From positions 2,799,710 to 2,863,709 of the forward strand of contig NW_003314264.1 in NCBI RefSeq assembly GCF_000143415.4: 64,000 nucleotides of DNA, written 5' to 3'. A program made the position numbers and the translations under genes. This stretch comes from Selaginella moellendorffii (lineage: Eukaryota > Plantae > Lycopodiophyta). This document shows positions 50,480 to 61,852 of the stretch, piece after piece (within the stretch, counting starts at the first letter, position 1; every line of letters begins with the position of its first letter). The notes below the pieces were generated by a model. It worked only from the letters and a program-made list of their open reading frames with translations, was not told the DNA's origin and did no database searches.

Positions 50480-52063
50480 TCACATTCGTGTGCACAAGTT
50501 GGCGAGCAGCACGTACGCAGCATCGTTCCCCGGATTCACATCCAGCGCCTCCTTGCTCGCACAGGACCCGCGTCTCAGATCTCTGTGACTCCCGCAAGCG
50601 CCCAACAAGCACGTCCAGTCGAGAGCGTCCGGCACGAACGGCATGCTGCTCACCAGCTCCTGTGCGTCTGCCAAGTGACCGGCGCGCCCGAGGAGGTCGA
50701 CGATGCCGCAGTAGTGCTCTCTTGTCGGCCGCAGTTCAAAGTCGCGGCTGATCGACGCAAAGCAGCTCCAGCCAGCCTCCACTCCGCCCGTGTGGCTGAA
50801 AGCCAGCAGCACGCTGATGAGACAAACTCCGTCCGGGACGATGGTCGTGTTCATCCGGTGGAAGAGCTCGATCACCTCCTCGTGACGACCATCTCGAGCA
50901 AATGCCGCTAGCAGAGCCGTCCACGAGACGAGATCCCTGGAAAACATCTGCTCGAACGTCTGCTTTGCCGCTCGCAGCTGCCCGTCTCGAGTGTATGCCG
51001 AGAGCATCGTGTTCCAGGAAACTTGGTCGCGCTCCGGCATTCGATCGAAGAGAAGCTTTGTATCGACGAGGTGCTGGCCGTCGTGGTTGTACGCAGCTAG
51101 CATGGCGTTGAGAGACACCTGGTTTTTCTCCTCCATGCCGTCGAAGATGTGCTTGGCTTCTTCCAGCCGACCGCTCTGTGCGTAGGCTGAGAGCATCGCA
51201 GTCCATGAAACAAGGTCCAGCTCCGGCATTTGGTCGAAGACTAGCTTGGCCTCTTGCAGTTTTCCACTGTTTGTCAAAAGTCCCAGCATCGCCGTGCAAG
51301 TGAGGAGGTTCTTCTCGTCCATTGTCTCGAAGACTCGCTTGGCTCCGCTCGCTTGGCCAGACTGCGCAAGAGCTACGAGCATGGCTGTCCAGGAGACGAG
51401 GTTCCTCTCGGGCATCTTGTCAAACACCTGCTTAGCCTTTTCCACCTGACCATTTTGAGCATACGCCGCTAACATCGCAGTCCATGAAACCAGGTTCCTC
51501 TCCTCCATCTCGTCAAACACTGACTTGGCTTTGTCCAGCTTCCCGTGCCGAGCGTAAACCGAAAGCATCGCACTCCACGAGATGAGATCTCTCTCTGGCA
51601 TCTCGTCGAACAACGCCTCTGCTAGTTGCAAGTGACCATTCTCCGCAAACGCGGTGAGCATAGCCGTCCAGCAAACCAGGTCCCTTTCTGGCATCCAGTC
51701 GAACAGCGTCTTTGCTTCCTCGAGGTGGCTTCGATCTGTGTAGGCGACCAGCATTCCTGTCCAGGCCACGAGATTTCTTCCCGGCATCTTGTCGAACAGT
51801 GACTTGGCCTCCTGGAGATGCCCGTTCCGGGCATACACCGAGAGTAGCAAAGCCCAAGTGAAGAGGTTCTTCTGCCGTATGGAGTCGAAAACTTCCTGTG
51901 CATCGACCATGCTGCCGCATCTTCCATACATCTCGATCACGATGTTGGAGACGAACAAGTCGCCAGCCTCGAGGAGACGCAAAACTTGAAGATGGGCCTC
52001 CCTGGCGGCGTGGATCGTCCGCGTGGATCTTATCAGATGAATGCAGCCAGCCCTGTCAACCAT
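50480..52063 (-). CDS. PLS-class PPR protein (SS-rich, E domain), intronless
   Basis: Tandem 31-aa repeats; HYCGIVDLLGRAG; AAYVLLAN; ATG at 52063 aligns with paralog N-termini (the track start at 52075 is GTG). Confidence 0.9.
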   Translation of the reverse strand: MVDRAGCIHLIRSTRTIHAAREAHLQVLRLLEAGDLFVSNIVIEMYGRCGSMVDAQEVFDSIRQKNLFTWALLLSVYARNGHLQEAKSLFDKMPGRNLVAWTGMLVAYTDRSHLEEAKTLFDWMPERDLVCWTAMLTAFAENGHLQLAEALFDEMPERDLISWSAMLSVYARHGKLDKAKSVFDEMEERNLVSWTAMLAAYAQNGQVEKAKQVFDKMPERNLVSWTAMLVALAQSGQASGAKRVFETMDEKNLLTCTAMLGLLTNSGKLQEAKLVFDQMPELDLVSWTAMLSAYAQSGRLEEAKHIFDGMEEKNQVSLNAMLAAYNHDGQHLVDTKLLFDRMPERDQVSWNTMLSAYTRDGQLRAAKQTFEQMFSRDLVSWTALLAAFARDGRHEEVIELFHRMNTTIVPDGVCLISVLLAFSHTGGVEAGWSCFASISRDFELRPTREHYCGIVDLLGRAGHLADAQELVSSMPFVPDALDWTCLLGACGSHRDLRRGSCASKEALDVNPGNDAAYVLLANLCTRM

Positions 52064-54416
52064 CTTCTCCTCCACGCGGCTGCAAAACGTTCGCCATCAG
52101 CGAGTAATCTGACCCTTGTACCTCATCGCCCCTTTGAAGTAGCGACTGGAATGTGCTCCTTGCTACCGCCAAGTCCGCCACCTTTGAGCAAGCACTGAGA
52201 ATGATCCGCCAAGTCAGTCCGTTTGGCTCGTAAGGCATGGAAAGCGCCACCTCTATAGCTCGGTTCACCTGGTTGCCACGTCCGAGCAAATCGATCAGGC
52301 AGTGGTAGTGCTCGAGGCGAGGCTCGAGTTTAAACTTGGAGCCCATGCTCCGGAAGATCTCGCTGCCTGCATCCACAAGCCCAGCGTGACTACATGCGTT
52401 TAAAGCCAAGAGTAGAGTTACCGAGTCGGGATTCACGGATTGCTGCTGCATTCGGTCGAAGGCATCCAACAGACTGTCTGTCTGTCCGGCGCGGCTGTAG
52501 CCAACCATCAACGCGTTCCAAGTTACAGTCTCGTTCGTGGGAAACGAGTCAAAAACGTAAGTAGCATCGAGCGTTCTCGCGCATCTGCCATAAAAATCCA
52601 CCAGAGAATTCGTCAAGGCTGTGGAACTTTCAAATCCATACCTCAGAATGTCGCCATGGATCGACTTCCCAGTCGCCAGCTCCGTCAGGGATCCGCAGGC
52701 TTTGAGTGCCACCGCCAAAGTCGAAGCATTTGTGGTGATACTTCGAGATCGCAAATCAGCAAAGTACTCCAGTGCTATTTCACTCTCCCCGTTGTCAATG
52801 TACGCAAGGATCAATGCGTTCCAGGATACCACGTCGTGACGAACTAGTTCGATACCGTCGAAGGCTCTTTTGGCGTCCACCATACTACCGAGGCTTGAGT
52901 ACATGTCCACCAGCGTACTCACAATCAGCCAGTTGGAGCCATAACCATCCTTCCGAGCATAGCTGTGCACAGCCATTCCTTTCTCCAGCACTTGAGCTCG
53001 ATCTTCTGGTTTCAACACTTTCACAGCTAGACCACTGCACGCCTTCAACGCCGCGACGAAGCTAAGAGCATCAACAGGACAGTCCTGGAGCTCAAAAGCC
53101 TGTAGAGCCTGTTGCTCGTCCCCGTTTTCCACATATCCAAGTATCAAGGCGGTCCAGGAACGAACATCACGATGCTTCATGCCGTCAAACACCCTCTGAG
53201 AATCCACCATACTTCCACACTTTGCGTAGAAGTCCACCAAAGTGTTCCCAACGAAACTGTTGAAGTCGCCAGCCTTTGCAGCTATAGAGTGAAAAAACAT
53301 TCCTTTCTCAAGAGCTTCCACCTTGACCATCTTCTCGTTGCCAAGCTCTTTAAGCTTTTCCTTCGATGCCAAAATGCCACAAGCCTTTAGTGCAGCGACC
53401 AAGGTTCTACTGTCGGATCGAATTTGAAGCCGCATCATAACTGTGAACAAGCTTAGAGCCAGCTCGGCTTCCTGGTTCTCCACGTATCCCAGAATCAACG
53501 AATTCCAGGAAACGAGATCACGAAATGGCATCTTGTAGAACAACCTGCTCGAATCCACCATGCTCCCACACTTGGCATACATGTCCACCAGGATGTTCGA
53601 GAGAACTAGATTCGGCTCGAAACCATTCTTCTCCGCGTCGCTGTGAATAGCCATGCCTTTGCTCAGAGCATCCAACTTGTTTCCTTTCGCACCAAGACCA
53701 GAGCAAGCACGTAGAGCAGCGGCAAAAGCTAGAGCATCCGGTCGACCAACACGTCGCAAGAGCTGGAACATCTCGAGTGCTTCCTTCTCTTCTCCATTGT
53801 AGACATATCCAGCCAGCAAAGAGTTCCAAGCCACCGCTGTTGGATGGGCCATCGCGTCAAACACCCGTCTGGAATCCGCCATGCTTCCACACTTTGCGTA
53901 GAGGTCGACAAGAGAACTGCCAACAAAGTCGTTCCTGTGAGCTCCAAGCGAGGCCGCATAGCCGTGGACGAGCTTCGCCTTTTCCAGCGATTTTAGCTTA
54001 GTTCCAGAGTTCCAATCCTCCTTTCTTGCCAGATTGACGCAAGCTCTTAGACCAGCTACGAACGATCGCGAGTCTGGAGCACAGCCATACTCTTCCATCC
54101 GAAAGAGCATCTCCAGCGCAGTCTCTTCCTGCCCATTCTCCGCGTATCCCAGAATCAAACAGTTCCACGACACGAGATCCGGCCACTGTAACGTATCAAA
54201 CACCCTCCTCGCGTTCTCCGGGCTCCCACATTTCCCATACATGCTGACAATGGAATTCGCCACCAGAATCCCCTGCTCGATCCCAGCCCGGATCACGATC
54301 GCGTGGACTCTCTCCGCGCTCTGCAAATCCCTGGAGCTGCCGCAAGCACCGAGCAAGGCAAAAATGCCCGATCCAAGGCGCTGCTGGACGGCGATGCTCG
54401 CCGCGACCTCTGTCAT
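52056..54416 (-). CDS. PLS-class PPR protein with elongated L motifs and E domain
   Basis: 786-aa ORF; P-L-S triplets; HYHCLIDLLGRGN; paralog of 33184-35994. Confidence 0.9.
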   Translation of the reverse strand: MTEVAASIAVQQRLGSGIFALLGACGSSRDLQSAERVHAIVIRAGIEQGILVANSIVSMYGKCGSPENARRVFDTLQWPDLVSWNCLILGYAENGQEETALEMLFRMEEYGCAPDSRSFVAGLRACVNLARKEDWNSGTKLKSLEKAKLVHGYAASLGAHRNDFVGSSLVDLYAKCGSMADSRRVFDAMAHPTAVAWNSLLAGYVYNGEEKEALEMFQLLRRVGRPDALAFAAALRACSGLGAKGNKLDALSKGMAIHSDAEKNGFEPNLVLSNILVDMYAKCGSMVDSSRLFYKMPFRDLVSWNSLILGYVENQEAELALSLFTVMMRLQIRSDSRTLVAALKACGILASKEKLKELGNEKMVKVEALEKGMFFHSIAAKAGDFNSFVGNTLVDFYAKCGSMVDSQRVFDGMKHRDVRSWTALILGYVENGDEQQALQAFELQDCPVDALSFVAALKACSGLAVKVLKPEDRAQVLEKGMAVHSYARKDGYGSNWLIVSTLVDMYSSLGSMVDAKRAFDGIELVRHDVVSWNALILAYIDNGESEIALEYFADLRSRSITTNASTLAVALKACGSLTELATGKSIHGDILRYGFESSTALTNSLVDFYGRCARTLDATYVFDSFPTNETVTWNALMVGYSRAGQTDSLLDAFDRMQQQSVNPDSVTLLLALNACSHAGLVDAGSEIFRSMGSKFKLEPRLEHYHCLIDLLGRGNQVNRAIEVALSMPYEPNGLTWRIILSACSKVADLAVARSTFQSLLQRGDEVQGSDYSLMANVLQPRGGEDG

Positions 54417-54641
54417 GCATCGCCGCTAGCTGGAAAGAACCTACTCACAGGAATCGACGAGCGCCAGAGCCAAGAACCCTAGAGAACGAGCTAAGAACCC
54501 TAGAACACATACATTCCCGCCATTACAAATAGCCAAAAGCTCGAATTTTATTCGTGTATCGGCACCATCGTTTAGAAAACTTGTCCAGGCCACTGCGCGG
54601 CCTCGTTGCTAGCTATTCATACAAACACAAAGGAATTTTCC

Positions 54642-56328
54642 TTACCCCCGGCTGGCTATGTACGAGACCACCACCGTGATGTCGTCCATTTTGCCACCAT
54701 GGAAGCGATATCCAGCGTCTTGGGCCGCCGCCGCGAATGGAGTCTGGCGATTCCTGTCCAGAGCGCTCGCTTTGGCAAGAGTCGCCAGTTTCTCCGCTGT
54801 AAGCTGCGGCCCAAATCCCGATCGAGTCGAATGAACGACGACGCTGGCTACTTCTGTATCATACACGTTGTCGAACAGGCCGTCCGTTCCCACGACTATA
54901 ACATCTCCGGCAGCAACTTGCACCGAGAACACCTGCGTAGAAACCGGAAGAACTTAAAGAGCTTTTTAGCGAGAGATGTCTGGCGAACCTGTGCGCAAGT
55001 CGGTGGATCGCTGCCGCCGTGCTCGAGTTGATACGGGATGTTGAAAAGGTGTTGTTGAACTGGCGACTTAAACACTGTTTTCCCGTTTCTCAGCACGATG
55101 AAGCCACTGTCACCAAGGTTTGCTGCTTGAAGCCCCTGCAAAACAGGAACACTATCAGTAAAGAAGATAAAAAACGAGAAGGAAAGTTCTCACATTGTCC
55201 GAGAGAGCTAGAATGCATGCTGTGGATGACCCCTTACACTTCGTCTTCGAGTGAGCTCTCACGAGAATCCTGACAGGGTCGACCAGCCCGTGAGGCTCTT
55301 GCTGCGCGGCTATGATGGACTGCACCATAAGTTCCCTCGCGTACTGGCCAGCGTCCACTCCAACGTCGGCCCAGCCGCCAACACCGTCGGCAACACCCAC
55401 GACTTTCTCGTTGTCGCAGATGAAATGCGCATCTTCGCCACCCTTGGCTTGTTTGTCTGGATGAGGAAGATAGCACGCACCCGAGACCAGCGTCAGTGGT
55501 CTACTTTGTCCAGCAGTCCTGCATCAAACCGGATCAAGCACAAAGAAACAAAGAAAGAAGCGACAGGAGAAAGAATCTTTCTTACCCCTCCGAGCAGCCT
55601 GAAACATTCCCCTCAGTGTCGGAGTCCAAAACTATCCCTGGCGAGAGAAGATCAGCCTCCTTGGAGCTGGAGTTGTGCTGAGACAATCTCCGCGAGCTTG
55701 CGGCGTCCTTGTCGAAAGCTCCCTGGCCAAGCCGGAAGCAATGATACGCAGCAGTGTCATGGAGAAGGCCACGACTCCCTGTCCCTCTCGAGGAGGAGAA
55801 AGTATTCTCGATCCACTTGGACCAGGAATCTCTCCCTTCCTTGCCACCTCCACCACCGTCCAGTTGGAACTCACACACTGCCCCGCCCCCTCTCGCCACG
55901 CACGACGAACTACCCCCGGAGTTCTTCCCCGAGAAAGAGACCGGCAACCTTCCATCGACCAAAAGTTGCCACGACTGGTAGCTACAGCTCTGCCAAGCCG
56001 GACCAAACACCGAGGGAGTGGCGAATGCCCGAGAGAATGCCTCGGACACCGAAAGCGGAGCGCCCTCTTCGAAATTGGAAGAATCGGCGCTGGAAGAACT
56101 CGAGGAAGACGAAGACGATGGTGGCACTCTTCGCGTACCCCGTGCAGCGCCACCAATGGCGGTCTTGGCCGAAGAATAGACGGGATAGGCTGCGGCGGCC
56201 TTGGCCCTTCCAAACAAAACGTTGAGCCGATGCTGTGATTGCCTATAGCTACTGCTAGTACCTGCTTTCAACTTCCACACGATCTGGGGCGTCGGCATCC
56301 TCAGCTCGCAAGAGGGCGAGCACTGCAT
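54642..56328 (-). CDS. PP2C / PTC7 (SpoIIE-like) protein phosphatase with a probable organellar transit peptide, 4 exons
   Basis: [57 protein letters not shown]. Confidence 0.9.
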
Positions 56329-56812
56329 GATTCGGCCGCCCGCCTGCGAATCAGCAATCCCTCACCATCGCCGCCATCCCATGGAGCTGGAGAAGAGAAA
56401 GGAGAGAGAAAGAGAGCGAGAGAGAGGAATCAGTCCCACGCACGAAAGAACCCTAGGGTTTTTCCTGTTCCAAAGTCTTTACATGGCTGTTGGAGCTCCC
56501 GGGAGCCGGGCAGTGGAGTGACCGATCGATCGTGTGGATCGATTGCCCTAGATTGTCGCTGACCTAGGCAAGAACAAGGGCTTATTTTTCTTCCGTGCTC
56601 CACCCTCTCTTCTCACGAGCAAATGACATGGCTAGAAAGGTGACGCGTGTCACGGGTACATTTGTGACACGTGTCAATTAGATTCTTCAATGTATTTAAA
56701 CATGGGGCTCGAGGCGGGAAGAGCTCTTTTGTGTTTGTCCGAGCTAGGGTCTTGCGGCGCAGCGATACGTGTTCTTGACGACCGCCGCTAGGGATCCCGC
56801 ATTGGAGGTGCC

Positions 56813-58088
56813 ATGGCTGAATTAGCGCTTGTGGTGACTCTCGCTCTCGCGGTAAGATCTCGCTTCTTCTCCCGGCGAGCGATCTTCCAAAGAATCAACG
56901 ATTTGTGTGTCCTATGATGAAGATCGTGTGGAGATTTCGGTTCAATATGCTCGATCTGGACGTACAGAGCAGGTCTGCCGCTGGAATCGCACAACTTGGA
57001 TCGAAATGCGCTCGTCTTTTGTGATATTTTCAGGACGGATGAGATAGTCTGGATGGAAGATACCGCGTCTACATGGAGCACGCAGGTTTTTCCCGCAGCA
57101 TTCCTCTCCTCCATTGAAATTTCTTGCAGGTTTTGTGCCCGTCGATCCATGAAGCTCCCTCCAAGTATCTCTCCATGGTGATACCTGCGTACAACGAGGA
57201 AAAGAGGCTTCCTTCTACGATAAATGAGACTCTAAGGTAACACCTCAGTACAAATTCCGAAAGAACTGCCGCGCTCGGTTTTACAGGTACCTGGACGAGC
57301 GAAGCTTTGACGATGCAAACTTTACGTACGAGGTGACAATCATCGACGATGGAAGCGAAGATTTGACGTACAATGTGACACTGGATCATGCGTCGCGGTT
57401 GAAAGTGATCAAGCAAACACCAAATCTCGGAAAGGGTGCTGCGATTCGCAAGGTATGTCCCGTCATGCCTTGCCATCCTCCATTATGCTTTTGACCTGCA
57501 CTTTCCAGGGAGTCCTCTGCTCTCGCGGTCAGCTCGTGATCACAGCAGACGCGGATTCAGCAATCTTCATACGAGACATGGGGAAACTGGAAGAGAAAGC
57601 ACTGAACCTGACTGCATCAGGAGATCCCATAGCCGTGTTTGGCTCGCGCTGCAAAGTAAAGGTAGACGAGCCTCTCTACTTTGGCTCGCTCCAAGACTTA
57701 ACTCGTCGTGATTTTGATCTCTTTAGCGACCTCTTCTTCGAAGCATCATGTCGAAGGTCTTTCACGCACTCGTGGTCTTGATAACCGGGACCGACGTGGC
57801 CGACACCCAGTGCGGGCAGCGGCCAGACTGTTCACGAACCTGAGGCTCCAGAGGTAGAGTTTCTTCTCTTCTCTCGGAAATTCTCACAAGCAGTGTTCTC
57901 TCAGGTGGGCTTTCGACGTGGAGCTGATCTATCTCGCCAGACGCCTGGGAATCCCAGTGTACGAGGTGGCCGTGAACGCCGTGGACGTTACCGGATCCAA
58001 GCTTCGCCCTTCCAGCGTCTGCCACGCGCTGTACGAGATCACGATGGTGGCCATAGCTTATGGACTTGGCTTCTGGGAGATTCGGTAG
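56813..58088 (+). pseudogene. ALG5-like dolichyl-phosphate beta-glucosyltransferase (GT2), probably disrupted
   Basis: YLSMVIPAYNEEKRL, IIDDGSED, NLGKGAAIR, ADADSA, VFGSR, DTQCG, WAFDVEL; FKxFT segment missing and frame shifts right after DTQCG (~57815). Confidence 0.7.
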
Positions 58089-58474
58089 GGAAGATCGGAA
58101 GATCCATTCTTTTTCCTCGGTGGAGTAAGTAAATTTTGCCGCGTTTTACTATAAATCAAATGTGTTCGGTGATAAATAGGAAAGTAGTAAATTTGATGAT
58201 CTTTAGTTGCAACTCACTAAATGTGTCCATGAGGTTTGTGGAAGATGCTGCAGAGCAGAGGCGCTGTAATGGAAGGAAAGTGGTAAATATGAACCACCTT
58301 GATGATCTTTAATTGCAGCTCACTAAATGTGCCAGAGCAGAGGCGCTGTGATGGAGAGAGACATTAAAATTTTTGGTTCCATGGTCTTTTCATTTTTTCT
58401 GTCTGGTGACTAAAACCGAGGAAAAATCAAGCATATATATCCCGGAAGAGAACGTGAGCCCGAAAGAAAAGCAA

Positions 58475-60258
58475 ATGCTAGAGCTACTGGGATTGCTGCT
58501 GCTGCTGCTGCTAGCGCTGCTCTCAATCCACCGCTTCTCGCGAGGTGGAGGACGCGATGGAGGATTGCCACTGATTGGCCACACAGTGGAAATTCTAGCC
58601 AATTACCACCGGATCTTCGACTTGCTCCTGGAGAAATTCCAGAGCCAGGGCACGAGCACCGTACCACTGTGGATTCCTGGCCAGTCCTACGTCTTCACGG
58701 TGGATCCAGCCAATGTAGAGTACATTCTCAAGACAAGATTCCAGAACTTCCCAAAGGTATCTTATATGATCCAAATGGAGGGAGTGCGTGAGTGATCGCA
58801 GGGCGAGCGCTTCCGGGAGAAATTCCAGCCGCTGCTGGGCGGCGGGATCTTCAACGCCGATGGCGCGGCGTGGAAGAGCCAGCGCAAGGCGGCCAGCTTC
58901 GAGTTCGCGTCCAGGGTTTTGCGGGAGTGGAGCGGCAGCGTGTTCCGGGATCACGCGCTGGAGCTCGCCCGGATTGTGGACGCCGCGGCGTCCAAGCAGA
59001 GCTCCCTGGAAATGCAGGCAAGAAAGATCTCTCGCTCTTACCGAGAGTCACTTCTTTCTTTCTTTGCACATAGGACCTCTTCCAGCGAATGACGCTCGAC
59101 ACGATTTGTAGCCTGGGATTTGGCGTGCGCCTCGGCCTTCTCTCTCCGACGCTCCCGCACAACGATTTCGCGGCCGCTTGCGACCGATGCAACGCGATCG
59201 TCTCCTTTCGCTTCGCGGATCCCTTTTGGAAGCTTAAGAGGCTGCTGCGCATCGGCGAGGAGCGCGATCTCCCAAAGAACCTGGCCACGGTCGACGAATT
59301 CACGTACAATATCATTCGCAAGAGGAGGATCCAGCTCTCCAAAGAGAACGAGGATCTTCGCGTAAGAGATTTCTCGTAAACATTGATCTTGACGTGTTGC
59401 TTTCTTTGTTCCAGGCTCGCAAGAAAGATCTTCTTTCGCGATTCATGCTACTGGACGAGAGTTCCTCCGACGTTTATCTCCGCGACATGGTCCTCAACTT
59501 CGTGATGGCTGGGAGGGACACCACCGCCGCGACCCTCTCGTATTTCATCTACATGGTTGCCTCTCACCCCGATTGCCAGGGCAGGGTCCATTCGGAGCTT
59601 CTCGACTTCGAGCGCTCCAGTCGCCAACATCCAGGCCATGACGACGATCCAAGCTCCATAGAAAGCTTTGCAAGTCTCCTCACGCTCGAGGCTCTGGCCA
59701 AGCTCCCCTATCTCCACGCCGCAGTAAACGAGACCCTCCGCCTCTACCCGACCCTGCCACTGGTACGTAAAGTTTATTGAGAATCTCTTTTTGTTTATAG
59801 CGTGAGGATCTCCAGAACTTTAAAGGCGTTGCCAGCGACGACGTTCTTCCGGATGGGACGCGCGTCCGAAGAGGCGAGATCGTGTCTTACGCGGCATACT
59901 GCATGGGCCGGATGGAATCGCTGTGGGGACCTGATGCTGCGGACTTCCGCCCCGAGAGATGGCGCACTGCCGATGGATCCAACTGGGATTTCAACCCGTC
60001 GCCCTTCAAGTTCATAGCATTCCAGGTTCTTGAAATGTTCGCTATAGCCATCTTAGATCCTAAAAACCTCTCCTCCCACAGGCAGGGCCTCGCGTTTGCC
60101 TTGGCAAGGACAGCGCTTATCTCCAGATAAAGATCACCGCGGCGCTTCTCTGCCGCTTCTTCGAGTTTCGTCTCGTTCCGAACCAGACTTTCCACTACCG
60201 CGTCATGGCCACGATTTCTCTGGCTTCTGGGATTAAAGTGGTGCCACTGAAAAGGTGA
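58475..60258 (+). CDS. Cytochrome P450, CYP86 clan (CYP704-like fatty-acid hydroxylase), copy 1
   Basis: DPANVEYILKTRFQNFPKG, LLGGGIFNADG..W..QRK, AGRDTT, ETLRLYP, FRPERW, FQAGPRVCLG. Confidence 0.88.
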
Positions 60259-60699
60259 CGGGATCTTGCCAGCTGGTAAAATTTAATGACTAGAAACAAA
60301 AGTGGGAGCCGATGTTTGTCGCCATCGTTCAACTAAAAATAACAAGGAGCAGCTTATACCGAGATCACAACTCTAAAGTTGACACTTATCCGTAGATTGT
60401 GTCGATGAAGCTTAATGCGGTGATCTTGGAGTCCGTAAAATTACTGGAACTTTAGTGATGGGGATGTTATTTACAGGTTGCAAATCCTGAGCTGAGAGTT
60501 CCTTGAACAATCTTGGCTGCTTATGTGCCGTGAGCGATCCGGCATGGCAGAGTTTCTTCTGCTTGTTAACGCTAGGGATCCACGTCTATAGACTTGGCTT
60601 CACCATCTATTCTTTTGGTTACTTCAAACCAAATAGAAAGAAAAAGGAAACTTTGCCCTTCTTCTTTACTATATAAGTCAGAGTTTTGGTTATTAGCGC

Positions 60700-61785
60700 A
60701 TACCTAAAGAAGAAGCTAACGATGTATCTTTCGGTTGTTATTCCCGCGTACAATGAAGCGTTGCGCATCGCAGAACCCCTGGATCACACCTTAAGGTCTG
60801 TCTTGATTGAAACCTTAGTAGCATATATGTTTATATGCATGTTTTTCATAGATACCTTGCCCAGAGAGCCAAAAGGAACCGCCACTTCACATACGAGGTT
60901 ATTGTCGTGGATGGCTGCAGCAAAGATTTAACACCTGACATTGTCTGGGAGATGACAAAACGGTACCCTTGCCTGCGGTTGATACAGCTTGATCGCAATC
61001 TGGGCAAAGGTGGAGCAGTCAAAGAGGTTTGTGAAAAACAAGCCCATGGTTTAGAATAATCTCTGATAGTTTTTTCTTCTTCTTCTTCTATTCTGCAGGG
61101 AGTTTTAGATTCACGTGGTGAATTGATATTAATGGTTGATGCGGATGGTGCGGTTGACATCACCGCTTTTGAAAGTTTTGAGCCAAAGGTATATTAAATT
61201 AGTGAAAATTTTACAATAATACATATACTAATGTTGGTTCAATAACAGATTGAAAGATTTCGGAACAACAAGCCAATGGTATGGTTTGGTTCTCGCCTGC
61301 GTGAAAAGGTTTATTAGTTGAATTTGATACTTTAGAAAACCTCTATACATGTGTGCTTCCAGAGACAATGGTACCGGAGCATACTGTCCCAAGGCTTTCA
61401 TTATCTCACAAGGATGTTCATTGGAAAGCATGATATCAAAGACACTCAGGTATTGGAATTATAGAAACTTTTTTGTGCTTTGCTAATTCTGGTTTTATTT
61501 CAATAGTGTGGGTTTAAATTATTTACTAAATCAGCAGCTAAAAAATTATTCAAAGAGCTCTCAACCAGTAGGTGGTCTTTCGACGTGGAACTAATCATGC
61601 TTTGCAATGTATATGGCATCCCAATCACTGAAGTTCCAGTTGATTTCACAGACATTCCGGGCTCCAAGATCACCACATTAAGCTTCATCCATACCATCTA
61701 CGAACTGGCATGCATAGGCTTCAACTTTAGAATCAAGAGAGCTGTGTGTTCTCAATATGAGCAGCTCCATACAATGTTTAGTTGA
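60700..61785 (+). CDS. ALG5-like dolichyl-phosphate beta-glucosyltransferase (GT2), multi-exon; 5' end uncertain (possible ATG at 60544 or 60722)
   Basis: YLSVVIPAYNEALRI, VVDGCSKD, NLGKGGAVK, LMVDADGA, WFGSR, DTQ/CGFKLFT, RWSFDVEL, DIPGSK. Confidence 0.78.
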
Positions 61786-61852
61786 ATCGAAGATGGCGAC
61801 AAACATCGGCCATTCCGGTCTTTACTCAGTTTTGTTTCTAGTCATTATCCCG

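Noticed and set aside
58193-58354. Short direct duplication (ttgatgatcttta..cactaaatgtg..cagagcagaggcgctgt) upstream of the CYP
   Set aside because: Two-copy local duplication with no further structure or evident function
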